From Nageia nagi (Eukaryota; Plantae; Pinophyta): DNA of 64,000 bases. The notes beneath the pieces were generated by a model. That model was not told the DNA's origin. It ran no database searches and saw only the letters and a list, made by a program, of their open reading frames with translations. The position numbers were made by a program, and so were the translations under genes. Where the stretch lies: NCBI GenBank assembly GCA_050084985.1, contig JBITNC010000001.1:88350001-88414000 (forward strand), given 5' to 3'. This document shows, one piece after another, positions 26,926-41,575 of this stretch. Positions within the stretch are counted from its first letter, which is position 1, and every line of letters starts with the position of its first letter.

Positions 26926-27668
26926 GGGTAAATTACTAAAATAGCCCTCACAAAACTACTAATAAAGAAAATAACCATATGAAATCATTATTTATAAAAA
27001 TGACCCTGACCTCACCTATAAATATTTTCAGCCAAATTCCATCTTTTTGACCACTATAATTTAATAACAACTAGACATGACCACTTAAACTTCTAAAATT
27101 TGTCTTACCAATTTCATTTAGAAGCTAATTTCCCTCCTAAAAAACTTTGATGTCTCACAAATCCATCAAATTTCCAATTATTCTAGTTGAGGGTTGCCAC
27201 GGATCCAGGAAATGAAGGCTCATATTAGATCCTAGTTATTCAACGGCCTAAGATACCATATGCACCACATAATATGCCTAAAAAGTATAATTATTGGTTA
27301 TTTATCAATTTATGAAGCTATTGATTTATCTCAATTCTGGTAGCAATTGAGAATATGGGAGATTTGTACTCAATTTTTAGAGTTGACATTCCTTAGCACA
27401 TCGCTCAATGATAAGATGGTACCTGAACCAAAATGATCATCAATATAAATCACCACAATTCTTCTCTAATGATACAACTTATCTATAGTTGCAATGGCCT
27501 TCATCTACAAATCATTTGTTCAATTATTCCTAAATTGTAGTGGTAGGAAGATACAAACGTTGTCTAGAAATATTTGCTAAGCGATCAAGGTCATTTTTGT
27601 AAATAATAATTTCATAGGGTTATTTTTGTGATTAATAATTTTGTAAGGGTTATTTTAGTAACTTTCTC
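26926..27668. mobile_element. Non-autonomous Mutator-like element (MULE), copy 1
   Basis: ~85-bp imperfect TIRs (GGGTAAATTACTAAAATAGCCCT.. / ..AGGGTTATTTTAGTAACTTTCTC) and 9-bp TSD TACATATAA/TATATATAA. Confidence 0.85.
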
Positions 27669-27975
27669 TATATATAAAAAATAATATATATGTTCTTTTA
27701 ATAAGTAGAATGTATATTCTTGAGACTAAAAGATGTCACAAAATAATAAAAAGTATCATATAGAATAGCATATATAATTTTATATTAATCTTTAATATTA
27801 TTTTTAATTTAATCGTAACCAAAAAAACCAATTAAAATAGAGAACACAAAATAATTAATATGAAATCATTTTTTTCATTAAATATTAGGAAAATAAAATT
27901 TATCTTTAGGGTCATATTTTTTATATCATAAAAATTAATTCTACTTGTTATTTCCATTTAATTTTGTAACATCAA

Positions 27976-28551
27976 TGTTATAAATTTATAAAGAATAAGT
28001 CCATCCATGGAGGTGATAGGTAAAATGGAAAAATTCCATAATAAAGGCTTGAGAAAAAATTCACCATCATTCTGATGGAATTGAAGGATTCCATAAACCA
28101 AGATCACCTTGAAGCTTTTCCAACAAATTTAACATTCATCCTTCTAGCAAAGTGATAATCAATCACAAAAAATAACACATCATATATAGTGGTTCCCCCA
28201 TCACTTGGGAGTATATCCACTTTGAACCATCATTATATTACTTATCATAAGATAACTCTCCTACAAATTCTCAACAAAGCTCTTAAAAGAACATTCCTGC
28301 AACGCTACAAGATAAGCATTACTATACTTGATCAAGTTGCATAATAAGAGGGGGTACCTCTCTATTTATAAGAAAAAACCCACCCTTTAACCTTCCTTTT
28401 ACCCAAAGGTAAGGTTAAAGGTGTTTCTATATTTATTCCTCTTTTTATATTTATTCTCTTAATGCTTTAAGGTATCTAAAGATACTTTAAGCATTAAGTG
28501 AACTTACATTAAAAAGAAATATTACACAATATTACATTACAATTTCTAACA
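27976..28551 (-). mobile_element. LTR remnant (~0.58 kb), related to the 22542 solo LTR, copy 1
   Basis: TGTTA..TAACA termini, minus-strand CTTATAAATAGAG TATA. Its 5' end resembles 22542-22640 (ATGTAA.TTCACT.AAT.CTTAA.GT..ATC.TT.GATACCTTAA). Purine tract on its upstream side; no TSD. Confidence 0.65.
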
Positions 28552-28763
28552 CCTTCCTATGTTTTACTTATACTATAATTGCAAGCTCTCATAGCCTAAT
28601 GGAGTTCCACTACACTTATATGAAATAGAAAAGGGTGAACTAAGAAAATAAATAAATAAATATATAAATTATAATATATAGATCTAAGGAAGATAATATC
28701 TACCAACTTTAAAATTTCTTAATTAACTAAATGAGTTATATTTTATACTTATTTTATTATATT

Positions 28764-28955
28764 TTACTTAATGAACTTAACATCATTATTAACAATAAGG
28801 TCATGAACTACTAAATTAGGATCTAAATTAGGTATATTTGTAACACTCGATCTTATACACTTAAGATAGAATACTACTTTAACATCCATCCCATATTTTA
28901 TTGAAAGATGAGAACAATTTTTTTTTCCTAAGTATAAACCAAGTATTAATTGCAT
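28764..28955 (-). pseudogene. Highly decayed gypsy pol fragment (pre-RT region)
   Basis: IPNLDPNLVVHDLIVNNDVKFIK resembles the VPSMDPNIIVHNIFTHTDAKPI segment at ~10870-10930. Confidence 0.5.
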
Positions 28956-29624
28956 TCAATTCTGAACAAGTTGGAAGTTATTTGTGAACCATTTGGAATA
29001 TAAAATTACAAATATGTTTTTGCAAATAACAATTTCAAGTTATTTCAATCATTAGTCTAGAACTCTTTATAGATGAATACCATTTTTAATTATTTAACAT
29101 AACTCATTAAATAATATCACATGGCTTATCTTTGTATATTCTTCTAAGGGTTGCTTTACATAAGTCACAAGGAAGACCTTCTCATACATATAGTGATTTC
29201 TTGATGATGTGACATACATAACTCATATTTCAAGAGAATTTCTCGATTATCTTAGCATAAACTCGCTTTGACAATCATACTCTCTAAATTAAATTTCATG
29301 CCCATACTTAATGGTGTAGCTAGGTTTCGAACCTAAGTTTTTGGTTTATCAAATCCAATAAAATAACATTTCTTGATGATTTTAATGAATCATTTCTCCA
29401 CTTAAAGATATTATTCTATCTCATTTGGTTTATTTATTTATTTCTTCTCAACCTCAATTATTTGTCCAAGCTTGATGCTTCTAGGCAAGGGAGTTAAATC
29501 CTCTGTATTCACATCATATGCATTTCATAGAAAATAAAATAATAAATTAATTTTAATAAAGTGATATTATCTATTTCTAACCCCATTTGATATAGTCAAC
29601 TATAATTAAGGTTTTCTCATCCAT

Positions 29625-30864
29625 ATTTTTTTTGGTAATATTGTAGGTGGTTTTTACAAAACCAATAACCAGATTTGGATTGTGAGGTTCCACAACCTTA
29701 ACATCTCGTTTATGAATAAGCCATCTAGTTCTAACTTTACTATTATATATGTGTTAGAATTTAAAAGGGAGTTAAAACACTACCTCATTTAGCACTTACA
29801 AGGCACTTCCCCTAGATCATGTACTTCTAGTTAGAAGATATCAATACAAAAAATTACATTACTCTAGGAAATAACAAACAATATTTAGCCTTAAATTTAA
29901 AATTTTATTTGCCCGCTTAAATCCTTGGACATCATGATAAGACTACCTTCCAGTTGCAAAATTTTTACATCTTGCAACTACTATTACTAGGCGATCTAGT
30001 CTTCCTTCATTAGGTTGTATCCTAAAAACACTAGGTACCAAATCTCTATTGTTGAAGGCCCCACAAGGTTCTTCCCCATATTAACATTAGGGAGAGCAAA
30101 CCTTTCCAAAGCAACCCTTCTTTTTGTTGTATGTATCCCCAAAAGTTGCCACACTCTGGTTGTAGGATGCTCTTTAGATTGCAAGGATGATCATCTCCCC
30201 ACCAGCAAATAACTTGTTGTACATAATAGAGCTCTCTATCCATCATAATAATAAACCCTAACCTGATTCTTCTCCAAATAAACATTCAAAGGGTTACAAC
30301 CTTTAAACTCATCATCCCCTTACTTTTAGACTCAATTTGAGGTTTCCCCAAGACATCTTAATTTATATTTTTTATATCCTTAATTGATTGATTGTTATCT
30401 TGAAAAACTACTAAAAGCGAAGTTATAATGAAAGTAATTTAAATCTCCTCTAGTGAAAAATGTGCCTTTAAAGAAAATTCAAAATGTGTCTTTGAAATCA
30501 CGAGGGTTTAATCAAAGAACATGGCATATATCTCACTTGGGGAAAACCTTAACTCTGAGGAGAAGTCTATGGATCCTTTTGTTGGTGTAAACCCCCTCTT
30601 CCCTCTTGATAAAACTTCCCTAAACAAGTTTAACATAGTTTGGCTAACACTTCACACTCCCTCCCATTTTGCTTGTTGGCTCACGAGGGAAGTTTCCATC
30701 TAACCCATTTGAATCTTCGTCATCATCTTCTCCCACCTCTACTGCAATCTTGAAACCCTCACTTCGCTCTAACATTCCAATACAAAATTGCCTAAATCCA
30801 TATTTCATAAGCCAAAGTACACACATAAATTGTAATAAAATAGAGTATATTTAATATAAAATAT
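29625..30864 (-). mobile_element. Poly(A)-ended retro-insertion, copy 1 (cut by the duplication junction)
   Basis: T8 tail at 29626-29633 and decayed minus-strand ORF pieces; same element as 42637-43944. Confidence 0.5.
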
Positions 30865-32180
30865 CCTCCTCCAGTACCAATTGCTCTAGCATATCTACAT
30901 CCATCGTAGGATCTCCTTGGTCCTATACATTTTCATCCTTAATGACCTATTCATCATCCCCATATCCCTCCTCATCATCAACCTCCTCCTCAACCTCTCC
31001 CTCCTCTACTCCTAGGCCTACACAGCCCTCATGAACCCATGGGTTAATCAGTGGTCTTGATCCCTATCTCTTAACCACTATCCAAGTTGGTAGTTGGTCC
31101 CTCTAGGGAGCCCACTAGGAATCATAGGCTAGGGTGGTCTTGGCATCATCTACCAGTACACTTGCCATCAGGGCATCTAGTGATACATCTAGCTCCACAT
31201 AAGTCAACCTTGACCATGTTGGGGCCTCTCATTCAATCCTACCATAAAGCACCAAGTCTGAGAGAACATCTTATACTAGCATGTGCTACCTCTATACCTA
31301 CTAATAGAAAATGATCTTGATATCCTAGATATATCATCCCTTAACATGTCATGTCTACCTAGCCTGTGCTAGCTATGTATCCTCCTTTTCCCAATGTGGC
31401 TATCCTAGGTACATATAGTAGATCACATCCTATGATTACAAGCTCACCACCATTTATCAATACCACTCTCTTTTCCCCTTATGGAGGCTTCATTATGACC
31501 TCTCTCTCTAGTACTCCTAATGCCTTGCATAAAGGATCTTTAGGCCTACCACTAGTAGAATGTCTCTAATCATCTCTATAGTTTGGACTACTATGGGTAG
31601 TCCATTTATCCTCCTTGATTGAATATGCTCTCAAGCCCATACCTAGATTAGTAACAAGGTGCTCAAAATTCTCCTCCCATGCGTTGTCACTATCAGCTCA
31701 CTATATGTCTAGACTAATAGGGCTACCTCCCAAGCAAAAATTATGTTATCTTTCACCATGCAAATGATGATCTTGAACATGTTCCAAGGGAACCTACGTC
31801 CCAAGGAATCTGGTAAGATGAAGGATGATATCAGCAAAATTTCCATCACCTTCAAGCACCCTAATCAACCATCCTTATAGAGGGGAGCAATGAGCACCCC
31901 TCCATTATGGAGGTCCTAGGTCCTCTATCCCTCACCCATGTATGGGTAGATCATGATCCTCTTAGTTGCCACTATAATCTGCTCCCCCTCTAAGGGGACT
32001 CATAGAATCTTATAGATATCCTCAAGCATCACTATCATCTCCCCTATCAAGAGCATGAAGGTGCACCTATCTAGGTCGAATAGCTCCCTAAGCATGACCA
32101 TGTATGATGTATCTCCCTTAATAGGGAGAATCTTGGCTTCTTCGATGAGCTCCTGCATCAATGTCGCTCGAACCTCAGTC
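30865..32180 (-). pseudogene. Duplicated 5' part of the antisense PMD ORF
   Basis: Copy of 17615-18950. Confidence 0.7.
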
Positions 32181-32623
32181 TACAATGGTCAAAATATATG
32201 ACTAACTTTTATCTCATATAAATTTTAAGATTTTTTAGTATTTTTTAGTCAATCTTATCTTGCCGACTTCTAATTCAGTTGTCTTTATGTCTATTTCAAT
32301 CCTAAGTGTGGCCTAGGTTGCATGTTTGAGGTTGCATCTAAGTTGATATTTTTATTTTTTAGTTCATTTGGTCTCAATCAAAATTATCCCTATCAAGAGT
32401 GATTAATTTAACCTAATATTCCAACCCTTGGATGACTAAGAAAGTCATCTAGATGATTGGTCAAATCATACCTCACCCAGATGACCCCTAAAATCAAGTC
32501 ATCCAAGTGCAAGATGATTTCTAATTAGTATAAGTAGAAAAAATAAACATGGCTCCAACATAAAAACCAAAATATTAAAATGCACATATAAAAATTAACA
32601 TTGCAAAAAGAAATTAAAAAAAA

Positions 32624-33118
32624 AATGGGGTTTCTATAAATATTTTATAGACTTTTAAGCATATACAATTATTGAGTGTAAAGTCCAAATCTATAACATT
32701 TACCAACATTCTTCTAGTATGTGTCACTATGGAAGCCTTAGGGGAAGATATAGTCATCCATCGAAGAGTAGTTTAAAAATGGTTTTACATTGACTTATGG
32801 TTGTGAATGCCCTATTAGACATATATGCAAAATGTGGAATAACATGTAGGCCCAAGAATTATTTGATAAGATGCATCATGCAAACATAGTTTCATGGACC
32901 ACAATGATCTAGGGATATACAATTCATGGCTATAGCTAAGATGCCCTAAACTCTTTGATCTGATACCATAATTGGGAAGAAATCCTAACAATGTAACTTT
33001 TTCCTATGTTTTGCTTGCATGCAACCATAAATTTCTAATAGATGTGGGTTACAAATACTTTAACAGCATGCATAACTTTTATAGCATTATTCCTAGATTG
33101 AATCTTTATACAAAATAT
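32624..33118 (+). pseudogene. Duplicated PPR fragment
   Basis: Copy of 19390-19885 (NALLDIYAKCG..VSWTTMI). Confidence 0.85.
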
Positions 33119-34251
33119 TCAACTTAATTATCAAGATGTCCATAAAAATCTAAATAATCCTAGGGTTTGGGCCCTACCTTTTTCATTGGTAAATGCTCAC
33201 TAGGTGATCCTCCCCTAGGCCTGGTGTTGCTACCATGTTGTCCAAAATTGATCCACACATACATACATAGTCCACAATCACTCAGCTTATCCACATGGTC
33301 TCCTATAGTAAATGATAGTTGCTATAGTCATGTACTGGTCATTTTTAAATGGCTAGATAAACCCTACCTTTTCACTTTTTATTTTCCATTTTTACCCTAA
33401 TCAAATCATCCTAGCAATCCTAAATCATCTAGAAGAATTGATAAACCCTAGCCATGTAGATGACTCTAAAGTTATCTAGATGATTTGTTCTATCACTATC
33501 TCACTTTATAAACCTTCCATCATGATCATCATTTTTTAGCATATTCATTCAAATGGTTATGTATCCTTTCTTGTCATCCATAATACCTCCCCTTTTGAGG
33601 GGGAGAGCTTCAAACATGGTTTAAAATTGATCAAAAAATTTTAATTCTTAACAGGTATAGTTTGACTTCATTAGGAGCACCTTGGATACATGATCAACCT
33701 TTCTTGCATTGCAAGTGTTTGATGGATGATTACTAGCTCAACATAATTGATTGGTAATCAACAAACTCAGATGTCATCATGTTCAAATTTATCACTCTTG
33801 ATAAGCATCATATGCCTGCATGCTACAGTCCAACACTTGGTAGGTCTATGAGCCTACAATCAACACCCTTCAACTGTTGGGATAAAGCAAAGATCATTTT
33901 TCACTTTGTCAAGCATTGTATGTCTATTTTCTATTGATCCACTTTCTAGATTTTGTTGTAGGTCATTATCATGAGGTCCAATTCCATCTTATATAGTTTA
34001 TCATGTGCCAAAACTAGATTTTGTTGAATCCTCATGTTGCTCAATTCAATCTTATATAACATGTCAGGCATTGAAACTAGACTCAAGTTGAGTGATTGGT
34101 ATGATCTTATACAACCTATGATGCATAAAAACTAGCTCTCATCCTTATTATATTTGCTATCATCTATCATTGTTAATTATTAGTTTACTATTTAAAATAT
34201 TTTTGTACTTAGCTTCTCACAAGTTCGAATCTCAACACAAAAAGGAGAAAT

Positions 34252-35340
34252 TGTAAACACCCTAAAATCACATTTTACATTGTTGATAGGGTTATACTCA
34301 CATTTATGGCATTTATCATATCATGAACTATCATTTCTTCCTAACATATTTTTATAGCACTTTCGATCAACACCATTTCAACCTTTAAGTTATTTCTAAC
34401 ACTTTGGTTCTAATCACCCATATAATCCTATAGGTAGCACATTCATCCAAATGATCCTATCTTTAGTTTATAAAAGGTAATATGGGCTCATTTTTCAAGA
34501 ATATTCTTGCTTGACACACTTTTCATGAGCTTTATGATTACTATACTTGCCTGTGCACATATTCAATTTTATGACATCAACTTCAAAGGGTTATATCACG
34601 TTTTGAGCCTCCATATTCATACCTTGGGATCACTTCTCCATGCTCCATATATTGAGGTAAATTATGGTTAATTGATGAGATTATATTATTAATCATTAAT
34701 TTTATGAGTATTTTCAAGTTCTTAAGATTTAAATAAACCTCCATTAAAGACTTGTGTCCTTTCTTAAATTTAATATTTATCATTGTTTGGCATATAGGCA
34801 TACTTAGGCTAATATTCATACCTAGGGTTTGACCTTTAATGTCTAAACCTTAGGGTTTGAAGGATATTTATTATTTTATTAGCATTGCTAGCATTATATT
34901 AAATCTATTTTCATTATTTTCATTTGACCATATTAGGCAAATCATTATGTATGCATAGGCTTTTATCAATCTTTATCATAACATTGTTATATCATTGTCA
35001 ATTTGCATTGTCAAGTTTCTTTATATAAACTTTATCTATAGTTTATCTTTCAAGATTATACTTGCACAATAGGTATTTAAAGTTTTTCTACTATTCTCTT
35101 GATTATGGAAAAAGGAGTCTTACAACCCTTTTGAGTCCCAAGGACTTGTTATTTGAAGTCTCCCATAACCTATTATCTTTCCTTTTAGGTCTAGATAGCT
35201 TATTGCATTAGTGAATTACAAAGGATAATTTCTAAACCCTATCTTTGTCAATATTTTCAATAAATCACATAGGAAAATTAGATGCAAATGTATCAAGATC
35301 CTTGGAATTGCTCATAGGTGTTTTGAGTGGTTAAGGTGCA
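34252..35340 (+). repeat. Duplicated 3' LTR of the gypsy element
   Basis: Copy of 21240-22328 with the preceding PPT. Confidence 0.85.
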
Positions 35341-35553
35341 TTGAGAAATCAAATACATGAAGTGAACAAGTGCTTAAGCAATTAACAAGAAATATAAAGA
35401 TAATATTACCATATAAAATCTAAAGGAAGGAAATCTTATGTTATTCATCATTTATTTCATGAGTATTTGTAGGTTCTCAAGCTTTAAATAAACCTCCATT
35501 GAAGACTTGTATCATTTCTTGAATTGAATATTTATCATTATTTGGCATATAGT

Positions 35554-36051
35554 TGTTGGAATGTATAATGCATTATTGTAAAGGTTATGTAATAATCTTC
35601 TATGTAAATTCACTAATACTTAAGGTTATCATTTTATACCTTAAGTATTTAAGTGAATATGATAATGTAACTTGTCCTACACTCCATGTCATGAGCATGC
35701 CCCTTGGGTAAAAGGATGTGCATGTCATGCTTTTGTACATTGGATAAAAGGGTGATCCAAAGAGGGATTTTGGCCTATAAATAGAAGGCTTCATCTTTGT
35801 GATTACACACCAATTGTGGAGTAAATTTATGCTATAGGATAGTGGTTAGGAGAAAAGAGTAGGAGGATTTTAAGAGTTTATATTTGTTAAGGAGAGAGAT
35901 CTAGTTAGTGGATGTACTCCTAGTTGGAGGAACCACTTACATCCTGTGTTATCTTTTTGAGATTGCTTTGTGTGATAGTTATATGTGAATTGAGAGCTTT
36001 CATGTGACCTTGGTAGTTTAGTATTGTTCATGTTATATTTAAATTCTCTCA
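35554..36051 (+). mobile_element. Duplicated solo LTR
   Basis: Copy of 22542-23037 with the same ATAGT/ATAGG TSD. Confidence 0.75.
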
Positions 36052-39000
36052 ATAGGCATACTTAGGCTAATACTCATACCTAGGGTTTCACCTTTGAGGT
36101 CTAAACCTTAGGGTTTGAAGGATCTTTGTTGTTTTATTAGCATTGCTAGCATTAGATCTATTCTTATTTGCATTGCATCCATTGTAATTATTTTCATTTG
36201 AACATGTTAGGTAAATCTTTATGCATGCATAGGATTTTATCAATATTTATCATATCATTGTCAATTTTCTTTATATAAACTTTGTCTATAGTCTATGTTT
36301 CAAGATCATACTTGCACAATAGGCATTTCAATAGTTTCTACTATCCTCTTAATTGTGGACCCTTTTGAGTTGGGGTTTCATTCCACTTGGATGGTCACAA
36401 GGTCCCAAGGAATTATGATATGAAGTCTCCCATAACCTATTGTCTTTCCTTTCAAGTCTAGATAGCTGATTGCATCAATGAATTACAATGGATAATTTCT
36501 AAAGCCCATCTTTGTCAATCTTTTCAATAACTCACATACAAAAATTAGATGCAAATGTATCAAGATCCTTGAAATTGTTCATAGGTATTTTGAGTGATTA
36601 AGGTGCATTGAGAAATTAAATACATGAAGTGAACAAGTGCTTAAGAAATACAAAGATAATATTAGCATATAAAAGCTAAAGGAAGGAAAGCTCTTGGTTA
36701 AAATTAGATGAGAAGAATAATAAGACTCTTTGGGATCAATATTTCATTGAAATATGTGAAATATGTATGGGAATGTGTGTTATTTTCCCATTACCCCCTA
36801 AGGTATTTATAGGAAAAAAATAAGAATAATACATCTAAATGAATTTACTATTGATCACCTCATGCCTTTACTAGTGAGAGACACAGTTTTAATTTTATGG
36901 TGGATTTCATTCAACATTTTTTTTGTAAGCCACAAGGATTGAATAGTGTGCAATTATTTGATACACCTCACACATAGTTCCAAAGTATTAGGAGGGAGAA
37001 ATATTTAGACCCTAGGGTAGATTAATAATTTTTGCCACCTCATCCCTAGGTTAAACACTACTCCTTTAAATTATTGAAGGTAAAACACAAAATTCCTTGG
37101 TGTAAAAATTTAAATCTAGGTATCTTAAAAATTTCATTGCAAATTCCATTGAAATTAATTCATTTTTCACACAAATAAAATCATAATAGATATTTTTGTA
37201 AAGAATTTTACCTATGAAGATCACCTACCCTACAAGATAAATTTATTAGTGCATATATTAACGTCATAGGGGTCATACTTCAAGTAAACCAAACATGAAA
37301 TGAAACTAAATGATTTATATTATCCCTTATGGGTTGTCAGTGATTCAATGATCAATTATCTCTTCACTCTTATCTATTTGTTCCCATGACCAACTCATCT
37401 TTGGTTCACTTGGTTTTCCAACTTGACTCTCCCACTAAGTCAATATGTAGTTTGCATTGAAAAAAAGCTCAAAGCCAACATAAATATGTAAAAATGTTAT
37501 ACATAAACATGTATTAATCACTTTATCACATCATCAATCCAAATTTATTTTAGTTTCCCCGAATAGTTAGCATCATAGTCATCTATGGAATGGATAGATT
37601 GTTACACTTGAACTTAGCCTAACCATACATATGGTAACATTATTGGATTCCATGCAATACCAACACCTGAAGGATAGAGGGGTTAAAACTTAGGGCCTCT
37701 TGCATTAGAGTTTTAACCTACCCCTTTATCCTCCAATTTTCCTAATGTAGATTTATATATTAAAATACTTTTATTTTTAATATCATAATTAATAATAATA
37801 TAACTTGTTGATAATTTATCAATTTAATTATATTATTCTTAGAGTATTTTTTTAATGTTTAGATATGAGTGTAAATATTTATGTATCATTACTAATATAC
37901 TAGTCTTAATTCACAATGATTATAATAGTTTAATATTATGAAAAAATAAAATATTCTAATTATTATGTTTAAGGATAGTACCAAAGATAAATAGATAACA
38001 TTAGCCATCATATTAATGTATTAGTTATTCCTTATAAGCATATTATTGATCTCTACATCATCAAAAGGCAACTCTAAGGAATCAAATAAATCATATTTAA
38101 AATGAAATCTTATCTTCTATGGTTTGATGTGTACAATTCACTTGATTTATTATTAATGATGAATTTCTAAAGATGATAATATTCATTACATGAAGAGTTT
38201 TATTTATCCTCAATACCAAAGTGAATGCTTCATATTACACAATATTACTAATACATAAATTTAATATAAGATAGATAATAATGGTGTTCCCCTATGAGCT
38301 AATGAAATCATACATGTCCCTACACCTCTTATGTAGTTTGAACTTCCAAAGAACAAATTCCATGTCTCTTATTTTATTTTTACATATATGATGAACTCAT
38401 TTGAAAATTTATATTTTTAAATATAACATTAAATAGGTGAATTTAATGATTTATATATAATTATCTATAATATATGTAACACTTTTAATGAATTTCAAAG
38501 CAAACTCTTATAATAATATTACTTACATAATTGCTCTACCACCCAAACATGGTTTTGATAACATACAGCTCAAAGAAATCACTTTATTGATACATAAGTT
38601 TCATTATTTAATATATATTATTTAAATATTTTAGTGGAAAATATTATGATCAAGTATTACTTTTCGATTGAAGTATACTTTATCTCATAATGAATTAAAA
38701 AATACTATTGTAGTAAATTTATTTTTCTATACCTTCATTATCATTTTATGGTAACTTGCCTCCTATTACATAAATTATGGTTGAAATATCTATTAATAAA
38801 CATATGTATAGAATGGGAGAAACTACAATTAAGGTGAATTGATTTTTTTATTGATCTCATTAAAAGTATTTTTGTATTGTTCATCCCAAATAAATTCAAC
38901 ATCTTTCTTTATGAATTTTGCAAGGGCTTTTCATTTATCTTATTATTATAATTGAAGTAATAATTATTAGGGTTATTGACAACATTCAATTTAATCAATT

Positions 39001-39949
39001 TATAATAAAATAATAGTAAATTGAAGTAAGGAATGATGGCAATGATCTAATTGACCTTGACCTATCAAACTGGATTTATAGAAGGTATAAACTTGTACTT
39101 TACTTATCATGATGAACAAAGGTGATATTCAGTTAAAAGGAGACAAATGATAAGCTTACCCAAAGAACGAAACCAACAATCTAACCTCAACCTAGCGATA
39201 GTGCTATGATCCCAATGGTGGTGCTTGGTTACCTTCCCAGAATACATTTCCCTTTCACTTGATGTCATCGTCATTCCTTTGAAGCTTAGAATATCATGTG
39301 CAAAGAAGTCTGAAAGATCACAAGAATGCAAAGCTTAATGTATAACAAAATCTACATATGATAGGTGGCATTAAGAAACACCATTCAATAATGACACAAG
39401 TATATTACCACCTATCAAGGATTCAATATCATGTCATAATTGCTTATGCATAACCCTTCCACCTTTATAGATATCAAGTCTAGTACCAAGGCATTTCCTT
39501 GGGCTTATGGTGATGTTGAGTTGACCTATTATCATAAAATATAAAGGTAGATGAGAGTGTGTAGTGATAAGAGTATATATTTAATTTAATAAATAAATTA
39601 TTTCAAATACCTAAAAAGGTATTTTAATTAAATTAAAATTCCTTTTTAGGTGTTAACACTTATATATAAGAGATAAAATTTCTAATAGTTTGTGTTGTAT
39701 CTTATAAAGCATGAAACATCTTCACAATTACTTTGAATATGTTAGAATCAACTTAATTATATATTTATCATAGATAATGAAATATAATAAATTTATAGAA
39801 GTAACAAAAAAAATTCTTAGGATCCAATTTTGATCTTATATTTCCATATCCTTTTAGAGATCATCTTCAAATATTTGAACTATCTCTTTCCTTTGATTTG
39901 ACTAATATATAATCATATACACATTAATTTTCTTATGTGATACATATAA

Positions 39950-40692
39950 GGGTAAATTACTAAAATAGCCCTCACAAAACTACTAATAAAAAAAATAACC
40001 ATATGAAATCATTATTTATAAAAATGACCCTGACCTCAACTATAAATATTTTCAGCCAAATTCCATCTTTTTGACCACTACGATTTAATAACAACTAGAC
40101 ATGACCACTTAAACTTCTAAAATTTGTCTTACCAATTTCATTTAGAAGCTAATTTCCCTCCTAAAAAACTTTGATGTCTCACAAATCCATCAAATTTCCA
40201 ATTATTCTAGTTGAGGGTTGCCAGGGATCCAGGAAATGAAGGCTCATATTAGATCCTAGTTATTCAATGGCCTAGGATACCATATGCACCGCATCATATG
40301 CCTAAAAAGTATAATTATTGGTTATTTCTCAATTTATGAAGCTATTGATTTATCTCAATTCTGGTAGCAATTGAGAATATGGGAAATTTGTACTCAATTT
40401 TTAGAGTTGACATTCCTTAGCACATCGCTCAATGATAAGATGGTACCTGAACCAAAATGATCATCAAGATAAATCACCATAATTCTTCTCTAATGATACA
40501 CCTTATCTATGGTTGCAATGGCCTTCATCTACAAATCATTTGTTCAATTGCTCCTAAATTGTAGTGGTAGGAAGATACAAACGTTGTCTAGAAATATTTG
40601 CTAAGAGATCAAGGTCATTTTTGTACATAATATTTTCATAGGGTTACTTTTGTGATTAATAATTTTGTAAGGGTTATTTTAGTAACTTTCTC
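39950..40692. mobile_element. MULE, copy 2
   Basis: Same TIRs and 9-bp TSD as 26926-27668. Confidence 0.85.
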
Positions 40693-41000
40693 TATATATA
40701 AAAAATAATATATATGTTCTTTTAATAAGTAGAATGTATATTCTTGAGACTAAAAGATGTCACAATATGATAAAAAGTACCATATAGAATAGCATATATA
40801 ATTTTATAGTAATCTTTAATATTATTTTTAATTTAATGGTAACCAAAAAAAACCAATTAAAATAGAGAATACAAAATAATTAATGTGAAATCATTTTTTT
40901 CATTAAATATTAGGAAAATAAAATTTATCTTTAGGGTCATATTTTTTATATCACAAAAATTAATTCTACTTGTTATTGCCATTTAATTTTGTAACATCAA

Positions 41001-41575
41001 TGTTATAAATTTATAAAGAATAAGTCCATCCATGGAGGTGATAGGTAAAATGGACAAATTCCATAATAAAGGCTTGAGAAAAAATTCACCATCATTCTGA
41101 TGGAATTGAAGGATTCCATAAACCAAGATCACCTTGAAGCTTTTCCAACAAATTTAACATTCATCCTTCTAGCAAAGTAATAATCAATCACAAAAAATAA
41201 CACATCATATATAGTGGTTCCCCCATATCTTAGGAGTATATCCACTTTGAACCATCATTCTATTACTTATCATAAGATAACTCTCCTACAAATTCTCAAC
41301 AAAGCTCTTACAAGAGCATTCCTACAACGCTACAAGATAAGCATTACCATACTTGATCAAGTTGCATAATAAGAGGGGGTACCTCTCTATTTATAAAAGA
41401 AACCCACCCTTTAACCTTCCTTTTACCCAAAGGTAAGGTTAAAGGTGTTTCTATATTTATTCCTCTTTCTATATTTATTCTCTTAATGTTTTAAGGTATC
41501 TAAAGATACCTTCAGCATTAAGTGAACTTACATTAAAAAGAAATATTACACAATATTACATTACAATTTCCAACA
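41001..41575 (-). mobile_element. LTR remnant, copy 2
   Basis: TGTTA..CAACA termini; copy of 27976-28551. Confidence 0.65.

Larger units (their letters stand above)
17615..30864 (+). repeat. 13-kb tandem segmental duplication, unit 1
   Basis: Colinear with 30865-43875; ORF track pairs (17855/31087, 19933/33167, 26086/39107, 30521/43530). Confidence 0.95.

Noticed and set aside
21240-35340. Apparent young LTR element with near-identical LTRs
   Set aside because: Created by the 13-kb duplication; no PBS or gag-pol inside, and the flanks are duplicated too.
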